This document shows, piece by piece, positions 1 to 10,805 of a DNA stretch of 32,000 bases. The notes under the pieces were generated by a model. That model made no database searches and was not told where the DNA came from. It saw nothing but the letters and a program-made list of their open reading frames with translations. Origin of the DNA: Xylella taiwanensis. GTDB taxonomy: Bacteria; Pseudomonadota; Gammaproteobacteria; Xanthomonadales; Xanthomonadaceae. The DNA lies in the NCBI RefSeq assembly GCF_013177435.1, contig NZ_CP053627.1, forward strand, positions 2,792,878-2,824,877, written 5' to 3'. The position numbers and the translations under genes are program-made. The stretch's first letter is position 1. Each line of letters opens with the position of its first letter.

Positions 1-1706
1 CGGAAACCTTGATTTAAAAGGGCTTTGTGGACCTGCTCTACGTATTCATACTGAGCATCGGTGATATTAGCGATGACTGCTTGGACAGGCGCCAGCCAAG
101 TAGGCCAAACCCCAGCGTAGTGTTCAATCAGGATACCAATGAAGCGCTCCATCGAACCCACAATTGCTCGGTGCAGCATGACGGGATGGCGACGCTGACT
201 ACGCTCATCTACGTACTCGGCACCAAGGCGACCAGGCATCATAAAATCAACCTGCATCGTGCCCAACTGCCAAGTGCGCCCAATCGCATCTTTCAGATGA
301 TATTCAATCTTCGGACCGTAGAACGCTCCCTCACCAGGTAGCTCCTGCCACTCCACTCCACACGCATTCAAGGCAGCACGCAACGCAGCCTCTGCTTTGT
401 CCCAATTCAGGGAATCTCCTAGGCGCTTGTCTGGACGCAACGCAATTTTGATCTGGATGTCCTCGAAACCAAAGTCGGCATAGACCTTCAACGCTTGGCG
501 ATGAAACGCAGTGACCTCAGCTTCGATCTGTGCCTCGGTACAGAATATGTGGCCATCATCTTGGGTGAAGCCACGCACACGTAAAAGGCCATGCAAGGCA
601 CCAGACGGTTCATTGCGATGGCAAGCGCCGAACTCACCATAGCGGATCGGTAGGTCACGATAGCTATGTAAGCCCTGATTGAAAACTTGAATATGGCCAG
701 GACAATTCATCGGTTTAACCGCGTAAGTACGCTTCTCCGAATCAGTAAAAAACATGTTCTCCTTGTAATTGTCCCAGTGACCAGACTTTTGCCACAACGA
801 CACATCCAAGATTTGCGGGCAACGTACCTCACCATAGCCGTTGTTACGATAGACATGACGCATGTACTTCTCGATCGTCTGCCAGATCACCCAACCTTTC
901 GGATGCCAAAATACCAAGCCTGGCCCTTCTTCCTGGAGGTGGAATAAATCTTGCGTTTTACCAATCTTGCGGTGATCTCGCTTTTCAGCATCCTGTAAAC
1001 GTTGAATATGAGCACCAAGCTGCTTCTTGTCGCCCCAGGCAGTGCCATAGATGCGCTGCAACTGCTCGTTCTTAGTGTCACCACGCCAGTAAGCACCAGA
1101 AATACGTGTTAGCTTGAAAGCTTTCAAGAAACGAGTATTCGGCACGTGCGGGCCACGGCACATATCCACATATTCTTGGTGATAGTACAGAGCCATCACA
1201 GTGACCTCCGTACCCATCTCTTCGATGAGGCGCAGCTTGTAGTGCTCACCACGCTCCTTGAACAAGCGCACGACATCATCACGTGGAGTGATGCACTTGA
1301 CTACATCGTAGTCCTGGGCGATTAATTCAACCATGCGCTGCTCAATCGCAGCCAAATCTTCAAGCGTGAACGGACGCTCGGAGTAAATATCATAGTAAAA
1401 GCCCTCAGCAATCACTGGACCGATGACCATCTTGGCCTCTGGATACAACTGCTTAACCGCATGGCCAACCAGGTGAGCACAAGAGTGACGGATGATTTCC
1501 AGAGCTTCCTGATCTTCAGGAGTGATGATACGCAGGGTAGCGTCATGCTCAATGAGATCGCTAGCATCCACTAAACGATCCCCATCAATCTGCCCGGCAA
1601 TGGTGGCCTTGGCCAAACCTGCGCCGATCGAATGGGCAATCTGTATGACGCTAACGGGACCTTCAAATTCGCGGAGACTTCCATCGGGGAGCGTAATCGT
1701 GATCAT
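1..1706 (-). CDS. thrS: Threonine--tRNA ligase, C-terminal end cut by the window edge
   Basis: The minus-strand frame is open from the window edge up to the ATG at 1704-1706. Translation starts [28 protein letters not shown] (TGS-like N-terminus). It contains [11 protein letters not shown] and the class II core [27 protein letters not shown]. It is missing from the ORF track because it runs off the edge. Confidence 0.95.
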   Translation of the reverse strand, partial: MITITLPDGSLREFEGPVSVIQIAHSIGAGLAKATIAGQIDGDRLVDASDLIEHDATLRIITPEDQEALEIIRHSCAHLVGHAVKQLYPEAKMVIGPVIAEGFYYDIYSERPFTLEDLAAIEQRMVELIAQDYDVVKCITPRDDVVRLFKERGEHYKLRLIEEMGTEVTVMALYYHQEYVDMCRGPHVPNTRFLKAFKLTRISGAYWRGDTKNEQLQRIYGTAWGDKKQLGAHIQRLQDAEKRDHRKIGKTQDLFHLQEEGPGLVFWHPKGWVIWQTIEKYMRHVYRNNGYGEVRCPQILDVSLWQKSGHWDNYKENMFFTDSEKRTYAVKPMNCPGHIQVFNQGLHSYRDLPIRYGEFGACHRNEPSGALHGLLRVRGFTQDDGHIFCTEAQIEAEVTAFHRQALKVYADFGFEDIQIKIALRPDKRLGDSLNWDKAEAALRAALNACGVEWQELPGEGAFYGPKIEYHLKDAIGRTWQLGTMQVDFMMPGRLGAEYVDERSQRRHPVMLHRAIVGSMERFIGILIEHYAGVWPTWLAPVQAVIANITDAQYEYVEQVHKALLNQGF

Positions 1707-2873
1707 GAGTGTAAAAGCGTGTACGCAGTTGATATTTTGAGTATTGATGCGCCCTGCCAAGCAGGGTCAAGCACCGATGGTAATGGCAACGCATCAAGGC
1801 AAACATCCAGCGGTGCAATCTTGAGTTTTCTACTACTTGACGAAAAAAGCGCCGCAATGACGCCTTGCTCATTCACCAAGACCTCAGTCAAGACTTAGGG
1901 GATTGGTAATGGCAGCACTCATAACTACATGCACCAGGGTGGCAGCCTTCGTAGATTAATAAAACCCCCAGCATGTTAAATCAAATCCAGGCAGATTGCG
2001 CAGCCGAAGTCTGAGACCTCGAAATTTCTAAAATCACCATTTCATCCCCTGAAGCATCCTTCAAAGCTAGTGGTACTAATGGTATTAAGAGGCAGTGCAT
2101 AACGAAAAATATTGAAAATTTTTAGGCTGTCGGCACAATGTGCTTAAAGTATCTCTGCCATTCTCGGCACGCTCATTCAGCAATCTATTTTGATTGAGGA
2201 CTAGCACCAGATCGGCCTAAGCCATCAGTACAGTAGAAATCCTTATGGACTAGTCTCAATTTAGCCAAAACAATAACAATTAAGTGGCAGCTCTCAAGTG
2301 AATAAGCATTAGCAAAGAATCGCAAGCAACTTTACTGACTACGCTTGGATAATGACACGATACTGAACAATCATTTAAGTTTGGGCATCATAACCATCAA
2401 TGAAGCACTCGGGATAGATTTACAGCTGGTGATCCCAGTGTGATAGCCAACATCACTACTTTATGACAAGCAACAAATTACCGCGCGATGACACAACCTA
2501 ATCGTTATTCAGCTGAGCCCGTAAACAAGACCAACACGCACACCTCTTCCGTAGTGCTAACCCCGGACTGTTACTGATCGAAGCCCTAGGTAATCCACTT
2601 CTTTTGAACAGATGCGCCACTAACATATCCCCCCTCGGAAACAAGACATATGATAGACAGGGATGACGTACTCTCGTTTTAGTCAAGTCGGAATCAGTTG
2701 TAAGGGCGGCAGCGTAAGCAACCAAAGGAACCTCATAGAAGTAAGATGACAGAGGACCATACCCTCAGAAAGTGAGGTGATGCTATATACCAACCCTTAT
2801 TAACCTTTTCTTCACTCATCTACATGAGATGGCCACCATACTAGCCTCGATTCAGAGGTAACCTATATCCCCT

Positions 2874-3158
2874 ATGCGTGCACCCGTCTTCCTGCAATCT
2901 AACCATTTCCGGTACCTGTTTGAACCACGCAAACCCCGCCATCCGCTAGCGCGACTGGCCGCAAGCACAGCAGGTCTTACAATCCTGATAGCTTTGGTGT
3001 TCTTCGGTGTGTTCGTTGGCGTGGCGATGCTTCTTGGGGGAATCACCTGGAAGCTGTTGGTAGGTCGGCGTCGGCGTACTCAGGCTGCAGTTGGCACAAA
3101 TCCCGTCGAAGGGAAGTATTGCGTAATCCGCAAGCCTGATGTGCCCCTGTCACGTTAA
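2874..3158 (+). CDS. Hypothetical small membrane protein (94 aa)
   Basis: Track ORF with one clear hydrophobic helix (GLTILIALVFFGVFVGVAMLLGGI) followed by a positive patch (GRRRRT). GC is higher than in the flanks. There is no convincing Shine-Dalgarno at proper spacing and I recognise no family. Confidence 0.3.
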   Translation: MRAPVFLQSNHFRYLFEPRKPRHPLARLAASTAGLTILIALVFFGVFVGVAMLLGGITWKLLVGRRRRTQAAVGTNPVEGKYCVIRKPDVPLSR

Positions 3159-4000
3159 CCTTCCACTTTTACCCAACGCTGTTCTCGGAGTCAGTTGGAA
3201 CAATGTGTGATTTTTCATCATTGATTTGGTCTTCAGGCCGATGTTTAGTCAGAGTTCAACGTGGGCAGGAGCAGTTATTTTGCATCTAGGGTCTTTAGTT
3301 ATAGCGCCCATGCTATTAAACCTTTTGTGATGCCCACGTATAAAATCAAGGCGAGATTTCTCCTTCAGCCATCGTACACGTTCTAGTAACCAATTTCGGC
3401 TTTGCAAGCCCCTGTATCTAACCTATGGGCTGCAACTTCATCCCACTTCGCCATGAGGTGGTTGATTGTAAGCCAACCTAAACAAGAATCAGCATAACCA
3501 ACCAATAGTTTTTTATGAAACTCGCTGTAATCACAATGGTCGAATGAAGCAATAACATTGGCTCCAACACCTATTAGCTTTACCACGTGATCCAACCAGC
3601 ATGGATATGCTCCGATCACGCCACAAACGGTGTAGCAGTCATGAGCTTTAAGCCCGCTCCGAGCTAGTAGATGAGAATGACCATACGTCGCGCTGTCTCC
3701 GAAAGACGTATCCGATTAAAGAATGAGTAGATACAGAAACGCACTTATCCCAAGAAAAGTGATGCTAAACGCATTGCGTTGGATGACAAGCCATTACTGC
3801 TCACCAACACTCCACTATGGAAAACTGTCTTTTATCATCTGCAACGTTGGCTATCGGGACGCTTGTCAAAATTACACGCTCGATCCTACGCACTCCACCT
3901 TTAGATTGATGAACCACCTCAGGAGATCTAGCCCAACGCGACCAGTGACTACCCAACACCTTGGTAAGCATTGATTTCGTCCTCTTCTCATTCCTGATCT

Positions 4001-4810
4001 CAGCAACGCAGAAACTTCCCTCAATACATTCGTAAGACACTGTAAGCCCTGCTCGCACGATTACAAGCCATTCGCGCAAATACATGACATCGAACTCTTC
4101 GTATTTGAAGCAGATGCGACAATAGCCCTTGAACCTGTGAAACAGGCATTCGACCTCATTGTGGCGCTTGTACATTTTGCGGTCATATGCTCAAGGCTCA
4201 CTAGGTATGCGCAGCGGTGGCATGACGGGGATGAAACCCAACTCAAGGCGTTAATGAACGGGCCTGGGTAACCTTCGTCGACATGGTCCATGAGCACGTG
4301 CAACGAGTGATCTGGTGAACCGAGCCGCTCGAGCAACAGCCACTCGCGCAAACTTGCGGCACATCGTGCGCTTGTACAGACTATTGTCCGTTACGGGAAA
4401 GTAGTTCTTGATGTTCCACGCACCAAGAAATTTGCCGATAATCAACGGACCGTTTTTTGAGGTGCACTAGTGCCATCCGGATGCACCTTCACACTAACTG
4501 CGCTCCAGCAACACAGTCTGAAACTTGATTTGTACGACCGATGCTTGCTGGAGTGACTCGAAGACTCGATCCAACGCACCAGACTTCGCCCATTAGTTCA
4601 TGCATGTGCAGATCGTATACCAGTGGCAGAAGCCTTTGGACAAGCCACGCCATTTGTAGCTGTACTCAACGAGATACCGTATGACGTTGAGCACTTGCAG
4701 ATTTGTCGAACTTACGTTGCCGTGTTGCTTCGGCAAACAGTATTCGACCTGCTCGAATGAGGCTGCTGCGATCTCCATCGCTCACCGCAGCAGGGAAAGC
4801 GTCTCAGAAC
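4001..4810 (-). mobile_element. Degenerate IS5-family insertion sequence; the transposase is a pseudogene
   Basis: A single minus-strand frame from 4778 down to about 4035 reads as an IS5/DDE_Tnp_1-type transposase. The N-terminus is LPKQHGNVSSTNLQVLNVIRYLVEYSYKWRGLSKGFCHWYTI. The middle is WAKSGALDRVFESLQQ ... IIGKFLGAWNIKNY. The C-terminus is YDRKMYKRHNEVECLFHRFKGYCRICFKYEEFDVMYL. I verified in-frame stops by hand at 4593-4595 and 4494-4496, and there are at least three more. Weak terminal inverted repeats (AGGGAAnnnTCT) lie at 4793-4810 and 4007-4022. The length of about 810 bp fits small IS5-group elements. Confidence 0.6.
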
Positions 4811-5447
4811 CATTCGTGTTCACAGACCCCAATTAGCGGCCGACTCTTAGATCCATAAAAAAATGATGTCAAACTGAAATGACAGCAAGCAGCTAGCACG
4901 ATCCTATCCTACTTGCATTTAGGGATGTGCAACCTGTCACTCATACAAATCGTCACCTTCAGCAAGGCGATTTCAAGCACTGACATGCATACCCCTTAAC
5001 AGATAGTCTTCACAGCGAAGATTTTCGGGTAGTTCTGTGCCGCTTCAGAAGCAGTTAAGAACACTGGGGCAGATCTCAAACCATCACCATAGTTAATCAC
5101 CTCAAACAACAGATGTTACTTAATAATGTGATATACACGCCTCCCCATAGATACGTTCATGCTTTCAATGCCCTTGGCAAGACACAACACTGGCACAGGG
5201 TCTTTATTCCTGAACCTCAATTGCAATGGATTGATATCAAAACATACTCTATATATCGCTTACTTGCCTGTGGAGCGCGGCATTATATAATTCCAAAAAA
5301 ATCCGTCGATTTATCTAAAAATATTATTAAAAATCAAAAAGATGGAAACAATCTCCTGTACCCATCACCCGTTGTACTTTTCCACGCATCCAGGCTCGGT
5401 AGGGTGTTTTGCATTCACGCCATGCAAGATGCATTCGGTGCAACACG

Positions 5448-6329
5448 ATGAAGCTGGCCATTCTCTCCCGAAACAGCAAGCTTTATTCCACTCGACGTTT
5501 AGTCGAAGCGGCACGTATGCGTGGTCATACTGTTCGTATTCTTGATCCGTTGCGATGCTACATGCGGATCGTCGTTGGAGACTTCCGCATGCACTACAAG
5601 GGAAAGCCAATAGACGGCTATCACGCAGTAATTCCACGTATTGGTGTATCGGCCACACGCTACGCTACTGCGGTACTACGTCAATTCGAACTGATGGGCA
5701 CCTACACTCCCAATCCCTCGGACGCAATTCTGCGCTCACGAGACAAGCTACGCGCACATCAGCTGTTAGCCGCCCAGGGCATCGACATGCCGATTACTGT
5801 GTTCGGCGACAATCCAGACGACACCCAAGACCTACTCTCAATGCTCGGTCCGCCCCCCCATGTGGTAAAGCTTAACGAGGGTACACAGGGTACAGGGGTG
5901 ATCCTATCCGAAAAGACCAATACCTCACGCGGTTTGGTAGAGGCACTACGTGGGCTATATGCCAATTTTCTGGTGCAAGAGTTTATCGGCGAGGCTGACA
6001 GTACAGACCTACGCTGTTTCGTAGTCGGCAACCAAGTCGTAGCAGCGATGCGCCGGCAAGCGGCGGAGGGTGACTTTCGTTCTAACCTGCATCTAGGCGG
6101 GATTGCAACTGCTGCCACTGCCAATGATGAAGAACAAGAGGTGGCAGTACGTTCAGCACGCGCGCTTGGACTAACCGTGGCTGGGGTAGATCTCATCCGT
6201 TCACGACGTGGACCGCTGGTGCTTGAGGTCAATCCCACACCCGGGTTAGAAGGCATCGAAGCGACTTCCGGTGCCAACGTTGCCACACAGATCGTACGCC
6301 ATGTTGAGGATATGCTGGCTAATATCTGA
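5448..6329 (+). CDS. rimK: Ribosomal protein S6 glutamate ligase, ATP-grasp family
   Basis: [34 protein letters not shown]... matches RimK end to end, including the ATP-grasp core ([28 protein letters not shown]). The start is moved to ATG 5448, 13 codons inside track ORF 5409..6329. Confidence 0.9.
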   Translation: MKLAILSRNSKLYSTRRLVEAARMRGHTVRILDPLRCYMRIVVGDFRMHYKGKPIDGYHAVIPRIGVSATRYATAVLRQFELMGTYTPNPSDAILRSRDKLRAHQLLAAQGIDMPITVFGDNPDDTQDLLSMLGPPPHVVKLNEGTQGTGVILSEKTNTSRGLVEALRGLYANFLVQEFIGEADSTDLRCFVVGNQVVAAMRRQAAEGDFRSNLHLGGIATAATANDEEQEVAVRSARALGLTVAGVDLIRSRRGPLVLEVNPTPGLEGIEATSGANVATQIVRHVEDMLANI

Positions 6330-6982
6330 GCAGTGATTCTTGTCAAATCTCATGGATTATTTAGGGTCCGCCTACGGTTTATGGATCACAGTACTTGCGC
6401 AATTGATGATGACATCAAAGTTTATTTCTTGGGTTCAAGCAGTTTTGCTTAGGTTTTTTTGTGTCAGACACCCCTTGATGGAAAGGCATAAAGCGCACTA
6501 CAGTCCCATCAGTATGATTGAGCATTATTCTCCACTCCGAAGTAGAAGATCACAGAGGGATTTACCATCTTTACCAATCGCGCACCACTGACTTGGGCAC
6601 CCATCTCCAACTGGCTGCCTCTCTGTGGAAGGCAACGAGTGAGAGGCAGGTTCGACAACCCTTACATAAGACTCCATGTATTCAGCCAATGCCTTTACCG
6701 CCATCCTTCGGCACACACTGGCCCGGATGTAACTGATTCATCAGCTTTAAACCTATTCGAAGACAATGTCGGTTATATGGCCAATCTCAACCTTAGCAAC
6801 GTAGGAACTGATCCACACCATTCTGGTCTACAAGCATAGCCATGCAATAACTTATCGCCTGCCACCGCTTCCAATGGCCCATTACGCAACATCCACTTTG
6901 CTTATCCAGCAAGATGGGAGCAATACTCCCACGATCAGGGTACAGCGTTACACCCATCTTCCTCCGAACAATTGAGGCTCAA

Positions 6983-7660
6983 GTGCGCATTTTGGTCATC
7001 GAAGACAACAGCGATATCGCCGCCAATCTGGGCGATTACCTTGAAGACCGCGGCCACGCCGTGGATTTCGCCGCCGATGGTGTGACCGGCTTGCATTTGG
7101 CCGTAGTCCACGAATTCGACGCCATCGTGCTCGACCTGAATCTGCCTGGCATGGATGGTATTGAAATCTGCCGCAAGTTGCGCAACGAAGCACGCAAACA
7201 GACCCCAGTGCTAATGTTGACAGCACGCGACTCACTGGATAACAAGCTGGCGGGCTTCGACTCGGGTGCTGACGACTACTTGATCAAACCATTCGCTTTG
7301 CAAGAAGTTGAAGTTCGCTTGAACGCACTATCGCGCCGTGGCAAAGGCCTGCAGACCCGGGTACTGGAGACAGGCGATCTGGAGTACAACCTCGACACAC
7401 TGGAGGTGCGCCGCCGCGGTAAGCTGCTGCAGCTCAACCCAACCGCGTTGAAGATACTGCAAGCACTGATGGAAGCCACTCCAGCCGTGGTGACCCGCCA
7501 GGAGCTAGAGACTCGTGTGTGGGGTGAGGAACTACCGGACTCGGACTCGCTGCGCGTGCATATCCACGGGTTACGCGCAGTCGTTGACAAGCCTTTCGAC
7601 GTACCATTGATACAAACTCGTCATGGGATCGGATACCGCATCGCCACACCCGATGCCTGA
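6983..7660 (+). CDS. colR: OmpR-family response regulator (ColR-like)
   Basis: Receiver domain (RILVIEDNSDIA, DAIVLDLNLPGMDG, LMLTARD) plus a winged-helix output (LRVHIHGLRAVVDKP...IQTRHGIGYRI). The likely start is GTG 6983, preceded by GAGG at 6974-6977. The track's ATG at 6914 would add 23 non-conserved residues. Confidence 0.85.
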   Translation: MRILVIEDNSDIAANLGDYLEDRGHAVDFAADGVTGLHLAVVHEFDAIVLDLNLPGMDGIEICRKLRNEARKQTPVLMLTARDSLDNKLAGFDSGADDYLIKPFALQEVEVRLNALSRRGKGLQTRVLETGDLEYNLDTLEVRRRGKLLQLNPTALKILQALMEATPAVVTRQELETRVWGEELPDSDSLRVHIHGLRAVVDKPFDVPLIQTRHGIGYRIATPDA

Positions 7661-8990
7661 ATCTGAGACACACCCACGTTCGACAGGGCGGCACGCGCGC
7701 TACCGGCGCCGGTTGAGAAGCCGAATCATTTTGTCCTTCTTATTGCTTGGCTTTGCACTGACTTCACTGTTTGCATTTGCCACAAATTGGGCGCGCGCGC
7801 GCGTAGAAAACCAGCTCGTTGAAGAATTGATGAATCGCAACATCGACGAGTATGCCAAACGCTACTACATCGACCCATCGCATAGCCCAGATCTGCCAGT
7901 ACAGCAGATGAAAGCCTTCTACTATCCACGTGATAAATTTGACCGCGTCAGGTTAGAACGCCCTGATTGGGCAGCACTTCCCAATGGCAATCACAATGTG
8001 ATCGGCCTAGACAATACCGGAAAACTATTTGCGTATTATAAACTCGCGGTACGCAAAGCTGATGATGCTTGGTTTTTTTTGGCCTACGACATGACGGAGG
8101 CTATACGTGGTGAGCGACAGCTCAAACGTGCCTTATACATTTCTGTGTTGGTATTCAGTGGGCTGTCCCTGCTTATCGGATGGTGGTCGGCCTCGAAAGT
8201 GATGAAACCGGTTTCAGACTTAGCGACGCTGCTACGTACTTATCGTGGTCAAACCACTAATCCAAAACCCCTCGCCCCCCACTTTCCAGATGATGAAGTC
8301 GGTGAGCTTGCCCGCGCATTGGACGATTATTCGAGTCGGCTCACTGAGGTAGTACAAAGAGATCGTGAATTCAACGCAGACGTCAGTCACGAATTGCGTA
8401 CACCACTGGCTGTCATCCGGGGTGCAACTGAACTGTTACTCACCAAACCCGAACTGGATCCGAAGATCCAACAACGTATCCAACGTATCCAACGCGCTGA
8501 ACAGCAATGCAGCGACCTGATCGGCGCGTTGTTGTTGCTTTCGCGCAACGAACGCGGTCATGGAAGCAGCAATGTCGCCAAGGTTGCTGAACAGTTACTG
8601 GATTCGCATCGCGCCCAGCTCGGCGGCAAACGAATCGAACTCATTTTGGAGGGTAAACGTGATCTAACGGTGAATGTACCGGAATCCGCACTGTCAGTGG
8701 CATTGGGAAATCTGATTGGCAACGCAGTCAAGTACACCCTTGAAGGACGAGTCATGGTGCGAGTGCTTGAAGAAGCGGTTGAAATACAGGATACGGGGCC
8801 TGGCCTCAGCGAACAGGACGCCGCCAAACTGTTCCAACGTGGGTATCGCGGTACCCACGCAGGACACTCGCAAGGTGGTGGTATTGGGCTATCGATAGTA
8901 AGCCGATTATGTGACTTGTACGGTTGGAAAGTCAGCGTGCGGCCAGGAGACACGTGTGGAGTCATTGCTATGTTACGTTTCTTTAAATAA
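7653..8990 (+). CDS. colS: Sensor histidine kinase (ColS-like)
   Basis: Two TM segments, a HAMP-like linker, H-box SHELRTPLAVIRG, N-box GNLIGNAVKYT, G1 DTGPGL and G2 GGGIGLSIV. ATG 7653 overlaps the colR stop (ATGCCTGA), which implies translational coupling. The track start at 7623 is also possible. Confidence 0.85.
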   Translation: MPESETHPRSTGRHARYRRRLRSRIILSFLLLGFALTSLFAFATNWARARVENQLVEELMNRNIDEYAKRYYIDPSHSPDLPVQQMKAFYYPRDKFDRVRLERPDWAALPNGNHNVIGLDNTGKLFAYYKLAVRKADDAWFFLAYDMTEAIRGERQLKRALYISVLVFSGLSLLIGWWSASKVMKPVSDLATLLRTYRGQTTNPKPLAPHFPDDEVGELARALDDYSSRLTEVVQRDREFNADVSHELRTPLAVIRGATELLLTKPELDPKIQQRIQRIQRAEQQCSDLIGALLLLSRNERGHGSSNVAKVAEQLLDSHRAQLGGKRIELILEGKRDLTVNVPESALSVALGNLIGNAVKYTLEGRVMVRVLEEAVEIQDTGPGLSEQDAAKLFQRGYRGTHAGHSQGGGIGLSIVSRLCDLYGWKVSVRPGDTCGVIAMLRFFK

Positions 8991-9288
8991 CCCAATATCA
9001 AACTCACCCACTTTACTGACCAACAGTTAAAAACATTTAGAGTAAGCAAGAACTATTAACGCTATCCATCAGTGGATCGAATCTACCCATACATTCATAG
9101 ATTCGTATAACACTCTATTTTCCACATCGGACCGGTAATTTGTGCATCTCCAATCTGGGGTTCATGCGTTCAGTACTCTATGTGACGGATAACAACCACA
9201 CATCACATCCACTACCAAAACCTTTTAACAAGTGACACACAATTTATATTTGATCATCCCAATGATGAGTTGATGCCTCTCGGTAATG

Positions 9289-9924
9289 CTAACAACCTAT
9301 CTGATCAACACTCGGAAAAGCAGAAGCAAGAACGCGATAGCGCGCATCCAATTTGGATACCTGCCCGCCTAAATGGGCGGGATCTCCATCGTTAACCACA
9401 ACATCATCAGCTATAGCTAAGCGCGCTCTGCGTCCAGTCTGAGCCGCAATCATCAAGGACGCCAACTCAGAGTCAATCCCATCACGCTGCATCAGCCGTG
9501 CATGTTGTACTTCCGGTATGACATCTACAACCAGAATACGCTGCAACCAAGGGTATCCGATGCGGCCACCAGCCTCGGCCAAGAGTGGAATGACAACAAG
9601 CACATATGGACCTGTTGCTGCCACAGCAGCCTGTCTCAACCGCGCCCGGACCACCGGATGGACAATAGATTCCAACGCGCTGCGCTCAGCCGCATCGGCG
9701 AACACACGCTGGCGCAAACAACGACGATCAAGCCGACCATCAACCTGCAGGATCTGACTGCCAAACCTGGCAACGATGCAATCGAGCAGTGGACCAGGCT
9801 CAACCACTTGGCGCGCAATTGTATCTGCATCAACAACAGTCGTGCTCAACGCTTCGAACATCTGCGCGAGTGTGCTTTTGCCGCAAGCAATACCTCCAGT
9901 GAGACCAACCGCATAGGCACTCAT
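9289..9924 (-). CDS. coaE: Dephospho-CoA kinase
   Basis: MSAYAVGLTGGIACGKSTLAQMFE carries the P-loop. The start is set at ATG 9922-9924. The track's longer 284-aa ORF would overlap pilD by about 200 nt. Confidence 0.9.
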   Translation of the reverse strand: MSAYAVGLTGGIACGKSTLAQMFEALSTTVVDADTIARQVVEPGPLLDCIVARFGSQILQVDGRLDRRCLRQRVFADAAERSALESIVHPVVRARLRQAAVAATGPYVLVVIPLLAEAGGRIGYPWLQRILVVDVIPEVQHARLMQRDGIDSELASLMIAAQTGRRARLAIADDVVVNDGDPAHLGGQVSKLDARYRVLASAFPSVDQIGC

Positions 9925-9935
9925 CAAGTCCAACC

Positions 9936-10799
9936 TCACCGGATACTGAATAACTCCAGATAGGTATTGATGATCTGATCGCCGAAAAAGAACACGATCC
10001 ACCCACCGATTGCCAGATATGGTCCAAATGGGATCATCGTCGTGCGATTGTGGCCACGCCCAACAAGCCACATTGAACCCAACACCACCCCAGCCAGTGA
10101 CGAAATCAAAATGATCGAGAGAATACCCTTCAACCCACACCATGCGCCAAGCGCGGCTAGCATCTTGAAGTCACCGTTGCCCATACCCTCCTTGTTACAG
10201 ATCAGTTTGAACAACGCAGCCACAGTCCACAGGGATAAATAACCGACTGCCGCCCCTAACAACGCAGGTTTGGCTGGCATAAATAGGTGATCCATCGATC
10301 CGATCAAACCCAGCCACATGAGCGTCAACGTTAATTGGTCAGGCAACAGCCGAGTACGCAAATCGATCCCAGCCAACACGACCAGGAAACAACTGAACAC
10401 AATTGCCCCAAAACCTTGCCAACCGAATCCAAAACGCCAAACGCTGGCCAGCACCAGCACGCAAGTCAGCAATTCGACCAACGGATACTGCAATGAGAGC
10501 GGATTGCCACTGTAACGAGAGCGTCCACGTAGCAACAGCCAACTAAGCACTGGGATGTTTTCCCACCACTTCAGCCGATCACCAGTCACTGGATCGTGGG
10601 AAGGCTCGACCACAATTCCCGGTGGCGGCGGATCATAAATGTCTGGAATCTCCAGGATTTCGCGCGCGTCCCGCTTCCATTGCCATTCCAAACGCCGGGG
10701 CAAACGTAAGATCACCACATTGAGAAAACTACCAAACAACAATCCCAGACCGGCCGCGACGGGATAGCCAAGACCGGGATGCTGGTCGAGAAATGCCAT
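9936..10799 (-). CDS. pilD: Prepilin peptidase / N-methyltransferase (peptidase A24)
   Basis: Polytopic membrane protein with the A24 catalytic Asp motifs (AGIDLRTRLLPD and GMGNGDFKMLAALG) and the conserved WENIPVLSWLLLRG segment. It lies 6 nt downstream of pilC and 11 nt upstream of coaE. Confidence 0.9.
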   Translation of the reverse strand: MAFLDQHPGLGYPVAAGLGLLFGSFLNVVILRLPRRLEWQWKRDAREILEIPDIYDPPPPGIVVEPSHDPVTGDRLKWWENIPVLSWLLLRGRSRYSGNPLSLQYPLVELLTCVLVLASVWRFGFGWQGFGAIVFSCFLVVLAGIDLRTRLLPDQLTLTLMWLGLIGSMDHLFMPAKPALLGAAVGYLSLWTVAALFKLICNKEGMGNGDFKMLAALGAWCGLKGILSIILISSLAGVVLGSMWLVGRGHNRTTMIPFGPYLAIGGWIVFFFGDQIINTYLELFSIR

Positions 10800-10805
10800 A
10801 ACGTT

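Noticed and set aside
1752-1768. Hairpin CCCTGC-caag-CAGGGT about 50 nt upstream of the thrS start, considered as a thrS translational operator.
   Set aside because: It is a single 6-bp stem with no anticodon-arm mimicry that I can recognise. It could equally be a terminator remnant of a lost upstream gene.
3590-3640. The motif VIGAYPC resembles motif IV (GGPPCQ) of cytosine-5 DNA methyltransferases, with a nearby ANV resembling ENV.
   Set aside because: The spacing between the two motifs is about 12 aa instead of the usual 35-40. Motif I is not convincingly present and the frame is broken. The evidence is too thin to name a family.
5853-5859. Other homopolymers: C7 in rimK (5853-5859, coding GPPPH) and T8 in colS (8073-8080, coding WFFL).
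   Set aside because: They are shorter or A/T-type runs largely dictated by the encoded residues (Pro-Pro-Pro, Phe-Phe). They are less suggestive than the G8 tract, so I only note them here.
5759-6346. Long antisense ORFs in the track, for example 5759..6346(-), 8558..9049(-), 17986..18483(-), 23713..24120(-), 24162..24647(-), 25427..26122(+) and 22215..22526(+).
   Set aside because: Each lies entirely opposite a confidently identified gene (rimK, colS, pilB, sucC, sucD, mnmE, pilS). Their composition is Arg/Ser/Pro-rich or low-complexity, typical of shadow frames. None has a recognisable motif.
8463-8492. Tandem 9-nt repeat (CAACGTATC twice) in colS, encoding IQQRIQRIQR.
   Set aside because: It is in frame, has only two units and sits in a coiled linker region. 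It is unlikely to be a switch, but it could vary among strains.
9115-9165. A small minus-strand ORF, MNPRLEMHKLPVRCGK, downstream of coaE that vaguely recalls the YacG zinc-finger start (V.CP.CGK).
   Set aside because: It is only 16 codons, the second Cys of the first CxxC is missing and nothing YacG-like follows. Indistinguishable from chance.
9925-10143. N-terminal extension of the coaE ORF (the track gives 284 aa).
   Set aside because: The extension overlaps pilD by about 200 nt and has no similarity to CoaE. The P-loop sits right after the internal ATG at 9924, which gives a normal 211-aa kinase.
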